Counted from the stretch's first letter, positions 1 to 8,913 are shown. The stretch is 58,754 nt of DNA from an uncultured Candidatus Peribacteria bacterium (GCA_964436765.1 CAYTEH010000004.1:9910-68663); one strand, 5' to 3'. The notes: a model not told the origin generated them from the sequence alone. Program-made: numbers and translations.

Positions 1-3000
1 TCACGACCTTCGCAGTAGACGTATCCACACAGTCGCCAAGTTTTTTCTCGCTCTTACATTCCGAAGAGCACCCATCGCCGTTCAACTTGTTATTATCATC
101 GCACTGTTCTTCGCCTTCCTTATTTCCATTCCCACAGACGGTTTCGATGGTGCAGGTCGCGCTGCAGCCGTCACCATTGATGTTGTTACCGTCATCGCAT
201 TGATCGACGCGGGCATAGACATACCCGTCCCCGCAGAACGCATAGCGGCAATCCTTCACACAGCCGTCGGTATTGGACATATTGCCGTCGTCGCATTGCT
301 CGACGCCCTGGGCTTTCCTGTCGCCACAGACGGTCTCAAGACGGCACAGATAGTTGCAGCCGTCGCCGCTCTGGGTATTGCCGTCGTCGCATTGCTCGGC
401 GCCTTGTTTCTTGCCGTCGCCGCACGTCACTTCGATCTGGCAGATCGAACTGCAACCGTCGCCGGATAGCGTGTTCCCGTCGTCGCATTGCTCTCCTTTG
501 TCGATGCCGAAGTCGCCGCACTTGCCGGTGGGATCCGTTTTTTTACTGCCTTCCTTCTTGCACACCGCGCTGCAGCCGTCGCCGTCTGCGGTGTTACGGT
601 CGTCGCATTCCTCCCCCGGATCCTCGGTACCGTTGCCACACACTTCCAGTCTGCAGGTCGCGCTGCAGCCGTCGCCAGCCATGGTGTTGCCGCCGTCGCA
701 CTGCTCGCCGGTCTGCACCACGTTGTCGCCGCAGGACTCGACTCTGCAGAGGGCACTGCAACCGTCGTTGCTCACGACGTTGCCGTCGTCACACTCCTCA
801 CCGTTGTTGGTGTCTATATCGCTGTCGCCGCAGGTGCCCGTCACGGTAATGGGAGCCCCATTCGCGTACGAGGAGACGTTGCCTGCCGCATCTGTCTGCT
901 TGGCGGTGATGGAGTACGTACCCTTGGCAAGAGTGCTGGAGGTGATGCTGACCGTGCTGGCGGCGCAGGTACCTGTACCGAGCGTGCTCAGGTCGCTGGA
1001 TTTCACCAGCGTGACAGTTGCATCGGACTCACAGCTGATGGTGAACGACGGCGTGGTGTCGGTGGTGGTCGAGGACCCTCCGACGATCGCGGGCGTGCCG
1101 GGGGCTGCGATGGTGGTATCGATAGTGACGGAGAGGCTGGAAGATGCAGATGATTCGGTGCCCGCCGCATCGGTCTGCTTGGCGGTAATCGTGTGGACCC
1201 CGTCACTGAGCACTGACGAGGTGATGGTGACCGGGGAACTGCTGCACGCGCCAGAGCCGAGCGACGTCGAACCTTCGTAGAGCGTGACGGTGTCTCCGGA
1301 TGTGCAGGTGATTTCGAGGGAAGGCGTGGTGTCGCTGGTGGTATTGTCGGTGCTGGAGGTGCCGCTGTCGGAACCCGCGACGAGATCGGGGGCGCCGGGG
1401 GCGGATTCGGCGGTGTCGATGGTGACGCTGAGGCCGGAGGAGGCGGCGGAAACGTTGCCTGCGAGGTCGGTGGCCGTGGCAGTGAAGGAACTGGTACCGT
1501 CGGCGATGGTGCTGGCGGTGAGGCTGTAGCTGCCACCCGTAGCGGTGCCGGAGGAGACTTGTGTGACGCCCGAGTACAGCTTCACGGTTGCGTTCGCTTC
1601 GGCTGTGCCGCTGAAGGTGGGCGTGTTGTCGCTGGTGATGTCGTCGGTACTGGAGGAGCCGGAATCGGAACCCGAGGCGAGATCAGGAGCGGAGGGGGCG
1701 GAGGGGGCGGCGGTGTCGATGGTCACGCTCAGGCCGGAGGAATCGGCGGAGATGTTGCCGGCAAGGTCGGTCTGGTAGGCATTGATGGTATGCGATGCGT
1801 CGCTGAGCGCAGAGGATGTGATCTCGACGCTGCCCGCGGAGCACGTGCCACTCCCCTTGGAGCTGCCCCCCTCCTCGATGACGACAGTCGCGCCGTTTTC
1901 GCAACTTGCGGTGAGGTTAGGCGTGTTGTCGCTAGTGGTGTCATCGGTACTGGAGGAGCCTAAATCAGTCGCTGCCGTCAGGTCCGGCTCGCCGGGGGCG
2001 GAGGGGGCAGTGGTATCAATGGTGACGCTCAGGCCGGAGGACGGAACGGATTCGCTTCCGTCCGACTGGGTTGCAGTGAAGGAATATGTGCCGGCGCTCT
2101 GGCCGGCGATGGCGATGGAGACGGACCCACCACTGCACGCGCCGCTGCCCACCGTTGTGCCGTCACGCTTCAAATAGACGGTATTTGCTCCCGTGCATGA
2201 CCCGATGGTGAATGTGAGAGACGTATTGTTCGTGGTGTTATCGGTGCTGGAGGTGCCGCTGTCGGAGCCTGCATCCAGGTCGGGAACGCCGGGTGCGCCG
2301 GGAACGGTACTGATTGTGACCGACAGCGCGGCAGACGCCGAGGACGTGTTTCCAGCTGCATCGGTCTGAGTAGTCGTGAAATTATAGGTTCCGTCGACTG
2401 CAATGTTCGCAGCCGTGAGAGTCACGGTGGAACTGGCGCAGGTGCCAGTGGAGCCGGTAGCGACTCCATCCCGGTACAACTGGACGGTCATATCGTTTTC
2501 GCACGACGCCGTAAAGCTGGGCGTCGTCTGCGAGGTGACGTTGTCGGTGCTCGAATCCCCGGTGTCCGATCCTGCCGTCAGATCCGGCGTGCCGGGGGCG
2601 GCGGGGGCGGTGGTATCGATGGTCACAGAAAGACCCGAAGAGGCCAAAGATGTGTTCCCAGCAGGATCCGTGGATTGGGCGCTGACGGAGTGCGAGCCGT
2701 CTGCCAGAGCCGCCGTCGTAAGGCTCACGGTGGAGCTAGCGCAGGTGCCGGAGGAACCCGTTGTGGACAGGCCGATGTAGAGCTGAATGGTGTCGCCGGT
2801 CGTGCAGGACACGGTGAAGGTCGGAGTCGTGTCGCTGGTGACATCATCGGTGCTGGAGGAACCGCTGTCGGAGCCCGCGACGAGGTCGGGAGTGCCGGGG
2901 ACGGCGCCCGTGGTATCGATGGTCACAGAAAGACCCGAAGAGGCCAAAGATGTGTTCCCAGCAGGATCCGTGGATTGGGCGCTGACGGAGTGCGAGCCGT

Positions 3001-4933
3001 CTGCCAGAGCCGCCGTCGTAAGGCTCACGGTGGAGCTAGCGCAGGTGCCGGAGGAACCCGTTGTGGACAGGCCGATGTAGAGCTGAATGGTGTCGCCGGT
3101 CGTGCAGGACACGGTGAAGGTCGGAGTCGTGTCGCTGGTGACATCATCGGTGCTGGAGGAACCGCTGTCGGAGCCCGCGACGAGGTCGGGAGTGCCGGGG
3201 ACGGCGCCCGTGGTATCGATGGTCACGGCAAGGCCGCTCGATGCAGCGGATTCGTTCCCTGCCGCATCGCTTTGTTTTGCGGTCACCGTATGCGCGCCGT
3301 CGGCGAGCGTGGATGCCGCGGTCGTCACGCTGCCGCCCGAGCATGTGCCCGTCGCGATGGACGTGGACCCCGCTCGGTACAATGTGACCGTATTGCTGCC
3401 GGCGCAGGAGACGGTAAAGTCCGGTGTTGTATCGTTCGTGACTTCGTCTGTGCTGGAAGAGCCGCTGTCCGATGCGGCATCGAGATCGGGTGCGCCCGGC
3501 GCTGCGGGAGCAGTGGTATCGACAGTCACGGAGAGCGTCCCGGACTCGGCCGAAACGTTGCCCGCGACGTCGGTCTGGGTCGCCGTGATGGGATGGCTCG
3601 CCTCGCTGAGCGTAGACGAGGTCGGGTTCACGGTCCCTCCCGCGCACGTTGCGATGCCAACAGAGCCGCCGCTGGCAAGAAGCGTCACGGTGGCCCCGCT
3701 CTCGCAGGAAAACGTAAAACTGGGCGTGGTGTCGTTGGTCAGGTCATCAGTGGCGGATGTACCCGAGTCGGATGCGGCATCGAGATCGGGGGTGCCGGGC
3801 GCGGCAGGGGCCGTGGTGTCGATGGTGACGGTCAAGCCGCTTGATGCGGCCGAGACGGCCGCCACCCCGTTCGTCTGCTTCGCCGTCACCGTGTGGTCGC
3901 CGTCCGCCTGCGCCCCCGCCGTCAGGCTCACTGTGGAGCTAGCGCAGACGGCCGTGACGCCCGTCCCGACGCTGTCGATCCAGAGCTCCACGGTGTTGCC
4001 GTCGGCGCAGGAGATATCGAAGGTGGGCGTGCTGTCATTGGTGATATTGTCGGTATCCGACGTGCCGGAGTCTGACGCGGCCGCGAGATCGGGGGTGCCC
4101 GTCGCCACGGGGACGCAGGTACTGGGCTCACCTGTACAGACGTGATTGCTTTCGACCGCGCAGACGCTGCTGCAACCGTCGTTGTCCACAATGCCGCTAT
4201 CGTCGCATGCCTCAGCCCCCCTGATCATGCCGTCGCCGCACACGCCCGAACAGACGCTGGGCGACGCGTCTGTGCAGGTCCATCCGGATTCTTCTACACA
4301 CATGTTGCTGCATCCGTCGCTGGAAACAAGATTGGTATCATCACAAGCCTCACTACCGGCCATTGTGCCGTCGCCGCATGTGGTGATGCATAACTGCCCA
4401 GGCGTGGGGCAGGTGTAGCCCGAGTCGATGGCATCGCAAGTCGCGCTGCAGCCGTCGCTGGGCGTGGTATTGCCGTCGTCGCAGACCTCCCCTCCCACAA
4501 GAGACCCATCACCGCAGTTTGCGGTGCAGGCGGCTCCGGGAGTGCTGCAGGTCCATCCGGATTCTGTGGCACAGACGTTGCTGCAACCATCGCCAGAGAT
4601 TGCATTGAAATCATCACAAGTTTCTCCCCCAACAATGGCGCCATCACCGCAGTTTGCCGTACAAGCGGCTCCGGGCGTGCTGCAGGTCCATCCTGATTCG
4701 GTAGCACAGACGTTGCTGCAGCCATCGCCAGAGATTGCATTGAAATCATCGCAGGTTTCACCTCCTCCCACGGCACCGTCACCGCACGCCGCAGCGCTGC
4801 TGGAACCGGCGTCGACCAGTGCCGTGAGACGCATGCCCACCTGAGACGAAAACGCATTCATCACCACCACGGCGACAACCGATGCAGCGAAGATACCGCC
4901 GACAGCTTTCAGGCTATGCCCTGGCGACAACAT
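1..4933 (-). CDS. Giant secreted/surface repeat protein, 5' complete, 3' end beyond the left edge (>1,640 aa). Order: signal anchor, about 5 Cys-rich repeats (DUF4215/TIGR02232-like), about 11 Ig-like modules of about 100 aa, then at least 6 more Cys-rich repeats
   Basis: Absent from the ORF track because it has no stop inside the window. Manual translation from ATG 4933-4931 stays open in one frame down to position 2, and no listed minus-strand ORF in 1-4933 uses that frame. N-terminus MLSPGHSLKAVGGIFAASVVAVVVMNAF. Cys repeats read like CGDGAIVGGETCDDFNAISGDGCSNVC. Ig-like units read like TPDLDAASDSGSSSTDEVTNDTTPDF...HTVTAKQSDAAGN. The plus-strand ORFs listed here are antisense shadows. Confidence 0.85.
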   Translation of the reverse strand, partial: MLSPGHSLKAVGGIFAASVVAVVVMNAFSSQVGMRLTALVDAGSSSAAACGDGAVGGGETCDDFNAISGDGCSNVCATESGWTCSTPGAACTANCGDGAIVGGETCDDFNAISGDGCSNVCATESGWTCSTPGAACTANCGDGSLVGGEVCDDGNTTPSDGCSATCDAIDSGYTCPTPGQLCITTCGDGTMAGSEACDDTNLVSSDGCSNMCVEESGWTCTDASPSVCSGVCGDGMIRGAEACDDSGIVDNDGCSSVCAVESNHVCTGEPSTCVPVATGTPDLAAASDSGTSDTDNITNDSTPTFDISCADGNTVELWIDSVGTGVTAVCASSTVSLTAGAQADGDHTVTAKQTNGVAAVSAASSGLTVTIDTTAPAAPGTPDLDAASDSGTSATDDLTNDTTPSFTFSCESGATVTLLASGGSVGIATCAGGTVNPTSSTLSEASHPITATQTDVAGNVSAESGTLSVTVDTTAPAAPGAPDLDAASDSGSSSTDEVTNDTTPDFTVSCAGSNTVTLYRAGSTSIATGTCSGGSVTTAASTLADGAHTVTAKQSDAAGNESAASSGLAVTIDTTGAVPGTPDLVAGSDSGSSSTDDVTSDTTPTFTVSCTTGDTIQLYIGLSTTGSSGTCASSTVSLTTAALADGSHSVSAQSTDPAGNTSLASSGLSVTIDTTGAVPGTPDLVAGSDSGSSSTDDVTSDTTPTFTVSCTTGDTIQLYIGLSTTGSSGTCASSTVSLTTAALADGSHSVSAQSTDPAGNTSLASSGLSVTIDTTAPAAPGTPDLTAGSDTGDSSTDNVTSQTTPSFTASCENDMTVQLYRDGVATGSTGTCASSTVTLTAANIAVDGTYNFTTTQTDAAGNTSSASAALSVTISTVPGAPGVPDLDAGSDSGTSSTDNTTNNTSLTFTIGSCTGANTVYLKRDGTTVGSGACSGGSVSIAIAGQSAGTYSFTATQSDGSESVPSSGLSVTIDTTAPSAPGEPDLTAATDLGSSSTDDTTSDNTPNLTASCENGATVVIEEGGSSKGSGTCSAGSVEITSSALSDASHTINAYQTDLAGNISADSSGLSVTIDTAAPSAPSAPDLASGSDSGSSSTDDITSDNTPTFSGTAEANATVKLYSGVTQVSSGTATGGSYSLTASTIADGTSSFTATATDLAGNVSAASSGLSVTIDTAESAPGAPDLVAGSDSGTSSTDNTTSDTTPSLEITCTSGDTVTLYEGSTSLGSGACSSSPVTITSSVLSDGVHTITAKQTDAAGTESSASSSLSVTIDTTIAAPGTPAIVGGSSTTTDTTPSFTISCESDATVTLVKSSDLSTLGTGTCAASTVSITSSTLAKGTYSITAKQTDAAGNVSSYANGAPITVTGTCGDSDIDTNNGEECDDGNVVSNDGCSALCRVESCGDNVVQTGEQCDGGNTMAGDGCSATCRLEVCGNGTEDPGEECDDRNTADGDGCSAVCKKEGSKKTDPTGKCGDFGIDKGEQCDDGNTLSGDGCSSICQIEVTCGDGKKQGAEQCDDGNTQSGDGCNYLCRLETVCGDRKAQGVEQCDDGNMSNTDGCVKDCRYAFCGDGYVYARVDQCDDGNNINGDGCSATCTIETVCGNGNKEGEEQCDDNNKLNGDGCSSECKSEKKLGDCVDTSTAKVV
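2611..3226. repeat. Perfect 300-bp tandem duplication (2.05 copies) of one Ig-like module inside the giant surface-protein gene
   Basis: Sequence 2611-2926 is identical to 2911-3226. Track ORFs 2787..3080 and 3087.. start with the same 97-aa string. Confidence 0.9.
4530..4799. repeat. Two near-identical 135-bp (45-aa) Cys-rich repeat units in the N-terminal part of the surface protein
   Basis: gcggctccggg...attgcattgaaatcatc recurs with an offset of 135 nt and only a few substitutions. The encoded unit is ESGWTCSTPGAACTANCGDG..GGETCDDFNAISGDGCSNVCAT. Confidence 0.8.
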
Positions 4934-5074
4934 GATTGGCAAAAACTCTACCAGCCGCCGCAACCGTTTGCACGTTGTGCGATTGCCCGGCGTGCAAGCT
5001 GATCGCGACGAACACATGTGTGCCCTCGACTTTCCCATTCCCTGTTCTTGCCTTCCAAAGGCTATAATCCCCGC

Positions 5075-5851
5075 ATGCAGGTGATCCCCGTTCGTACACC
5101 GGTCCTCAAAAACGGAGACGACATCGCGTCCGTCATTGCAAAAGAAGCATTGCGTCCCGGCGACATTCTGGTGATTTCATCGAAAGCAGTGGCGACCATG
5201 GAGGGTGCTGCCGTCCGGCTCGCGGATCTGACGCCATCTGCGGACGCAAGGTCGTGGGCGGAAAAAACGGGAAAGAGCGCGGCGTTCCTGCAGGCGGTGA
5301 TCGGGGAAACAGCGCGGCTGAACGGACGGATCGTGGGAACGTGCCCCGGAGCAGTGCTCACCGAACTCCGACCGGCGGGGCTCACACGCGGGACGCTCCT
5401 CGTCCCCAACGCCGGGATGGACCAGTCGAACGTGGAGGCAGGATATGCGGTCGGCTGGCCGCATGATCCCGTCAAGAGCGTGCATAATATAAGGTATGCA
5501 GTGCAGAGGAAGACCACGCCGATCGCAGTCATCCTCACCGATTCCTGTTGCCGCCCCGGGCGCCTCGGTGTGACGGCATTCGCGCTCGCATGCAGTGGCA
5601 TAGACCCCTTTCTCTCCTTCGTGGGGAAAGCGGACGCGTTCGGGCATCCGCTTAGAGTGACCCAGGAAGCAGTAGCCGACCAATTGGCAACAGCCGCCAA
5701 CGCGGTGATGGGCAACGCGGACCAGCTGACTCCCGCCGCGATCATCCGCGATCACGGGTATCAGCTCAGTGATTTTGAGGGATGGGTACCCGGAATCGAG
5801 CCAAGGGAAGATTTGTTCAAGGACGTGATGCAGAGAAAAGAGATAAGATAA
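5075..5851 (+). CDS. CofE/FbiB-like F420-0:gamma-glutamyl ligase family protein
   Basis: MQVIPVRTPVLKNGDDIASVI...ILVISSKAVATMEG...VPNAGMDQSN...ILTDS resembles the CofE family (PF01996) from memory. Start moved to the ATG at 5075, which has TATAAT 6 nt upstream. Confidence 0.65.
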   Translation: MQVIPVRTPVLKNGDDIASVIAKEALRPGDILVISSKAVATMEGAAVRLADLTPSADARSWAEKTGKSAAFLQAVIGETARLNGRIVGTCPGAVLTELRPAGLTRGTLLVPNAGMDQSNVEAGYAVGWPHDPVKSVHNIRYAVQRKTTPIAVILTDSCCRPGRLGVTAFALACSGIDPFLSFVGKADAFGHPLRVTQEAVADQLATAANAVMGNADQLTPAAIIRDHGYQLSDFEGWVPGIEPREDLFKDVMQRKEIR

Positions 5852-5913
5852 AAGAGAAAAGTTTATACGCGTGATGGTCATTTTTCTCTTTTCACTTTTC
5901 TCTTATCTCTTCG
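5831..5913. repeat. Imperfect hairpin with GAGAAAAG-type simple-repeat arms (family B, copy 1)
   Basis: The left arm agagataagataaaagagaaaag pairs with the right arm tttttctctttt...cttatctct. The loop contains gtgatggtcat. Related to the copy at 47063-47116. Confidence 0.6.
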
Positions 5914-5926
5914 TTATACTCTCTCC

Positions 5927-6541
5927 ATGGACTTCATCGTCTTAAGCTCCTCAAGAGGTACGACTTTCCAGGCGATCATCGACCGCATCAAAGACGGATC
6001 ACTGACGGCCACGTGCCACGGGCTTGTCTCGGACCGCGAGGACCGCGGCTGCGTGCAGAAAGCGCGAGCTGCCGGGATGCCCGTCGCGATCGTAACGAGG
6101 ACAAAGGGAGAATCACGCGAGGACTACGATAAAAGGCTGCATGCTGCAATTCTAGAAATGCACCCACAACAAAAAACCAGTAAACCAGTAAACCAGTTAA
6201 CCTGCATAGCAGCTATCGGCTGGATGTACATCCTCTCGCCGTGGTTCATCGCCCAGTGGAAACACAGGATCCTGAACGTGCACCCCTCGCTGCTCCCCAA
6301 GTTTCCCGGCGCCCATGCGCACGAGGACGTGCTCGCAGCGGGCGAGCAAGAGTCGGGCATGACCATCCACCTGATGGACGAAGGGGTCGATACCGGCCCG
6401 ATCCTGGTGCAAAAAACGTGCCCCGTCCTCCCGGGCGATACGCCAGAGACGCTCAAGGCGCGGGTGCAGGAGTTGGAGAAGGAGTGGTACCCGAAGGTGC
6501 TGGAGATGATCGAGACAGGCGAGATGAAGCTTCCGTTGTAA
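5927..6541 (+). CDS. purN: Phosphoribosylglycinamide formyltransferase
   Basis: VLSSSRGTTFQAII...ILNVHPSLLPKFPGAHAHEDVL...GMTIHLMDEGVDTGPIL matches the typical PurN formyltransferase core. Confidence 0.9.
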   Translation: MDFIVLSSSRGTTFQAIIDRIKDGSLTATCHGLVSDREDRGCVQKARAAGMPVAIVTRTKGESREDYDKRLHAAILEMHPQQKTSKPVNQLTCIAAIGWMYILSPWFIAQWKHRILNVHPSLLPKFPGAHAHEDVLAAGEQESGMTIHLMDEGVDTGPILVQKTCPVLPGDTPETLKARVQELEKEWYPKVLEMIETGEMKLPL

Positions 6542-6546
6542 CGATA

Positions 6547-6654
6547 AATGACCAGTGACCAATGACACAACAAAGGAAGATTTTTCAAAATTCTAGTGGT
6601 GATTTCCTCAATGTTCATTCCTGTTGATCACTGGTCATTGTGTCATTGGTCATT
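6547..6654. repeat. Inverted repeat with AATGACCA-type arms (family C, copy 1) between convergent genes; likely a bidirectional terminator
   Basis: aatgaccagtgaccaatgacacaa ... ttgtgtcattggtcatt are complementary arms about 55 nt apart. Confidence 0.6.
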
Positions 6655-7371
6655 CTAAATGTACCCTTCAACATGAACACATTTTTTATCCATACCCCAA
6701 GCACCCAGTGCCAGCGCCTTCACGTCTTTTGTCATGGCCGGGTTGCCGCAGACGTAGAGGCTCTTTTGGGAAAAATCTTTCACGATCCGCGGCGCCAGCG
6801 CCTGCACCCACCCGCGATGGCCTGTCCAGGACGGCGACGGCTCGCTCAGGGCCAAGTGCATGAAGACGTTCGGATTTTTTTGCGCGAGCGCCTCCATCTC
6901 GGCCATCCAGAAGATATCCTCCTCACATTTCGCGCCGAAGATCACGTCCATGCGGCGGGTATCCCCTTTCGAGAGCGCATCCACGATCTGTGACCGGAAC
7001 GGCGCCATGCCGGTACTTGTGGCAATGAAGAGATATTCGTTGGGCGAATCGGACCTGAGCAGGAAATTCCCGAACGGACCCTTCATGCTCACCGACGAGC
7101 CCACCGTGAGCTGCTCCGCGATCCAGCGGCTCGCACGCCCGCCGGGGACCATCTTGGCGATGAAGAGGAGCTCGCGTTCGTCGGGGGAGGACGCGATGGA
7201 AAACGCGCGCGTCTGCACATCGGCGGGGTTATCGACGTGCGCGACGTCGAACAGCACGAACTGCCCCGGCTTGAAGGTGAACCCTGCGGGCTTCTCGAGC
7301 GTGAACTCGTACACATCGCGAGCGATGACCTTGTTCGACGTGCAGGCGACGGTGTAGGTGATGACGGGCAT
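6655..7371 (-). CDS. Ferredoxin-NADP reductase-like FAD/NAD(P)-binding oxidoreductase
   Basis: RAFSIAS (the RxYS-type FAD motif), then GPFG and FIATSTGMAPF (NAD-binding GTGxAP-like), then YVCGNPAM. No C-terminal Cys cluster. Confidence 0.75.
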   Translation of the reverse strand: MPVITYTVACTSNKVIARDVYEFTLEKPAGFTFKPGQFVLFDVAHVDNPADVQTRAFSIASSPDERELLFIAKMVPGGRASRWIAEQLTVGSSVSMKGPFGNFLLRSDSPNEYLFIATSTGMAPFRSQIVDALSKGDTRRMDVIFGAKCEEDIFWMAEMEALAQKNPNVFMHLALSEPSPSWTGHRGWVQALAPRIVKDFSQKSLYVCGNPAMTKDVKALALGAWGMDKKCVHVEGYI

Positions 7372-7377
7372 GTGCGA

Positions 7378-7468
7378 GGGTTTGGGCTAGGACTAGGGTT
7401 AGGAAACTGCAAATGAACTATACCGGAATGCGATGATTTTCTTCCATCCCTAACCCAAAACCTACCCC
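7378..7468. repeat. Telomere-like G-tract inverted repeat (family A, copy 1)
   Basis: gggtttgggctaggactagggttagg ... ccctaacccaaaacctacccc. Confidence 0.7.
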
Positions 7469-8643
7469 TTCCGCTCCCCCTTCAGCAACGCCACATACTC
7501 ATCAAACAAATAATTCGCGTCCTCCGGCCCCGGCGTCGCCTCCGGGTGGAACTGTACCGAGAAGAACCGGCCGCTCTCGTGCCGAAGGCCTTCCACGGTC
7601 CCGTCGTTCGCATTCTTCCACCACACATGCCAGCCCTTCGGGAGCTTCTCGCCATCCACCGCAAAGCCGTGGTTCTGGGACGTGATAATGCAGCGGCCAC
7701 TCCCCTCTCCCTCTGGGAGAGGGTGGCCGCCCCGGGCGGCCGGGAGAGGGCCGGAGGCGACCTCCACACACGGCTGATTCGCACCTCTATGACCATACTT
7801 CAATTTGTACGTATCGCCTCCGATGGCGAGCGCCATCAGCTGGTTCCCCAGGCAGATGCCGAACGTGAGCTTGTTGCGCTCGATCGCTTTGCGCAGCGCC
7901 GCGATGGTGGGCACGCAGGTCTTCGGGTCGCCCGGACCGTTGCTGAAGAACACACCCTGGTAGGGCTGTTTGTAGGAATCGAGATCGAAATCCCACGGCA
8001 CGCGCACCATGCGCACTCCCCTCTTGAGGAAACTCCGGATGATGTTGCGTTTCATGCCGCAGTCGTACGCGATGATGGTGGGCGCCTCGCCGAGCGCGGA
8101 GAATTCGGATCCCGGTTCGTACGTGATCACCTCCTTGCAACTGACTTCGGCGACCAGATTATTTTTGTTCGGATCATCGATGCCCCCCTCTCCCAAGCTC
8201 TGTTTGAGGAAGGCGCCGGAGGTGGGAGCAATCCGTCCAAGCATCACCCCCGTCTCCCGCAACTTCTTCGTCAAAGCCCGGGTATCAACTCCTGTAAGAC
8301 CAGGAATCCCGTGCTTTTTGAGCCAGTCGCCGAACGATCCTTCCGAGAGATGATGACTGTGCCCTTCACTCGCCTGCTGCACAATGACCCCGCGCACGTG
8401 GATCTCCTCGCTCTCCAGGTTCTCCGAAAAACCCCATGCGTTGAGTGCCTCACTTGGCACGCCGTAGTTACCAATGAGGGGGTACGTGAACACCAGAATT
8501 TGGCCCCGGTAACTGGGATCCGTGAGGCTTTCGGGGTACCCTGCCATACCCGTATTAAAGACCACTTCTCCATCGGCACTGACCGGCGCGCCGAAGGATT
8601 CTCCTTCAAATACCGTGCCGTCACTGAGGATTAATTCAGACAT
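7462..8643 (-). CDS. carA: Carbamoyl-phosphate synthase small (glutaminase) subunit
   Basis: VFNTGMAGYPESLTDPSYRGQILVFTYPLIGNYGVP, GICLGNQL, SQNHGFAV and QFHPEA are canonical CarA/GATase-1 motifs. Confidence 0.93.
   Translation of the reverse strand: MSELILSDGTVFEGESFGAPVSADGEVVFNTGMAGYPESLTDPSYRGQILVFTYPLIGNYGVPSEALNAWGFSENLESEEIHVRGVIVQQASEGHSHHLSEGSFGDWLKKHGIPGLTGVDTRALTKKLRETGVMLGRIAPTSGAFLKQSLGEGGIDDPNKNNLVAEVSCKEVITYEPGSEFSALGEAPTIIAYDCGMKRNIIRSFLKRGVRMVRVPWDFDLDSYKQPYQGVFFSNGPGDPKTCVPTIAALRKAIERNKLTFGICLGNQLMALAIGGDTYKLKYGHRGANQPCVEVASGPLPAARGGHPLPEGEGSGRCIITSQNHGFAVDGEKLPKGWHVWWKNANDGTVEGLRHESGRFFSVQFHPEATPGPEDANYLFDEYVALLKGERKG
7693..7730. repeat. 38-nt palindrome inside the carA coding sequence, forming the core of an in-frame insertion of about 60 nt
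   Basis: gcggccac tcc cctctccc tct gggagagg gtggccgc. Two shorter palindromes follow (ccgccc/gggcgg and ggagg-cga-cctcc). Confidence 0.8.
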
Positions 8644-8752
8644 AGTATGGAGTAGTGCCGCCTGCCCGGCGTAGCTCGCCAGAAGCGAGCGAAGTCGTGT
8701 CGGCGAGGATCAGGGCTGACATCCGCGAGAGGATAATAGAAAATTCATGGAA

Positions 8753-8791
8753 TTGACAGATTATTGACAAAATTCGATATTAAAGTATATT
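8753..8791 (+). promoter_or_regulatory. Tandem sigma70-like promoters upstream of the secreted coiled-coil gene
   Basis: TTGACA(8753)-17 nt-GATATT(8776) and TTGACA(8764)-16 nt-TATATT(8786), in an AT-rich intergenic region. Confidence 0.45.
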
Positions 8792-8913
8792 TATCTACTT
8801 GTTCCTTGTCATCATCTGCCCCCGCACCATTCCTCCTTATTAAGGTAGGGAGAGATGCTGTGGGGGAATCGTAGTACCTCCGGCATTCGGCAACACTTTT
8901 TTTGAGGTGTCCT

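Noticed and set aside
2611-4799. Tandem repeats as a possible CRISPR array or a DGR template/variable repeat pair
   Set aside because: The repeats are contiguous, in frame and protein-coding, with no unique spacers. No cas genes or reverse transcriptase are in the window. The 300-bp copies are identical rather than differing at adenine-specific positions.
200-4844. Many plus-strand ORFs of 80-390 aa (for example 354..1280, 2675..3844, 3087..4145, 4428..4844) and short minus ORFs in other frames
   Set aside because: They are antisense or off-frame shadows of the giant minus-strand gene. Their translations are Ser/Pro/Val/Arg-rich with no motifs. The single uninterrupted minus frame gives textbook Cys-repeat and Ig-like modules.
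7546-8634. 362-aa plus-strand ORF. Similar antisense ORFs occur at 26340..27398, 33907..34878, 42967..43695, 43877..44752, 46208..47062 and 9777..10577
   Set aside because: Each lies opposite a confidently identified gene (carA, rny, tuf, glgP, PMM/PGM, asparaginase, the G/Y-rich protein) and shows high-GC antisense composition.
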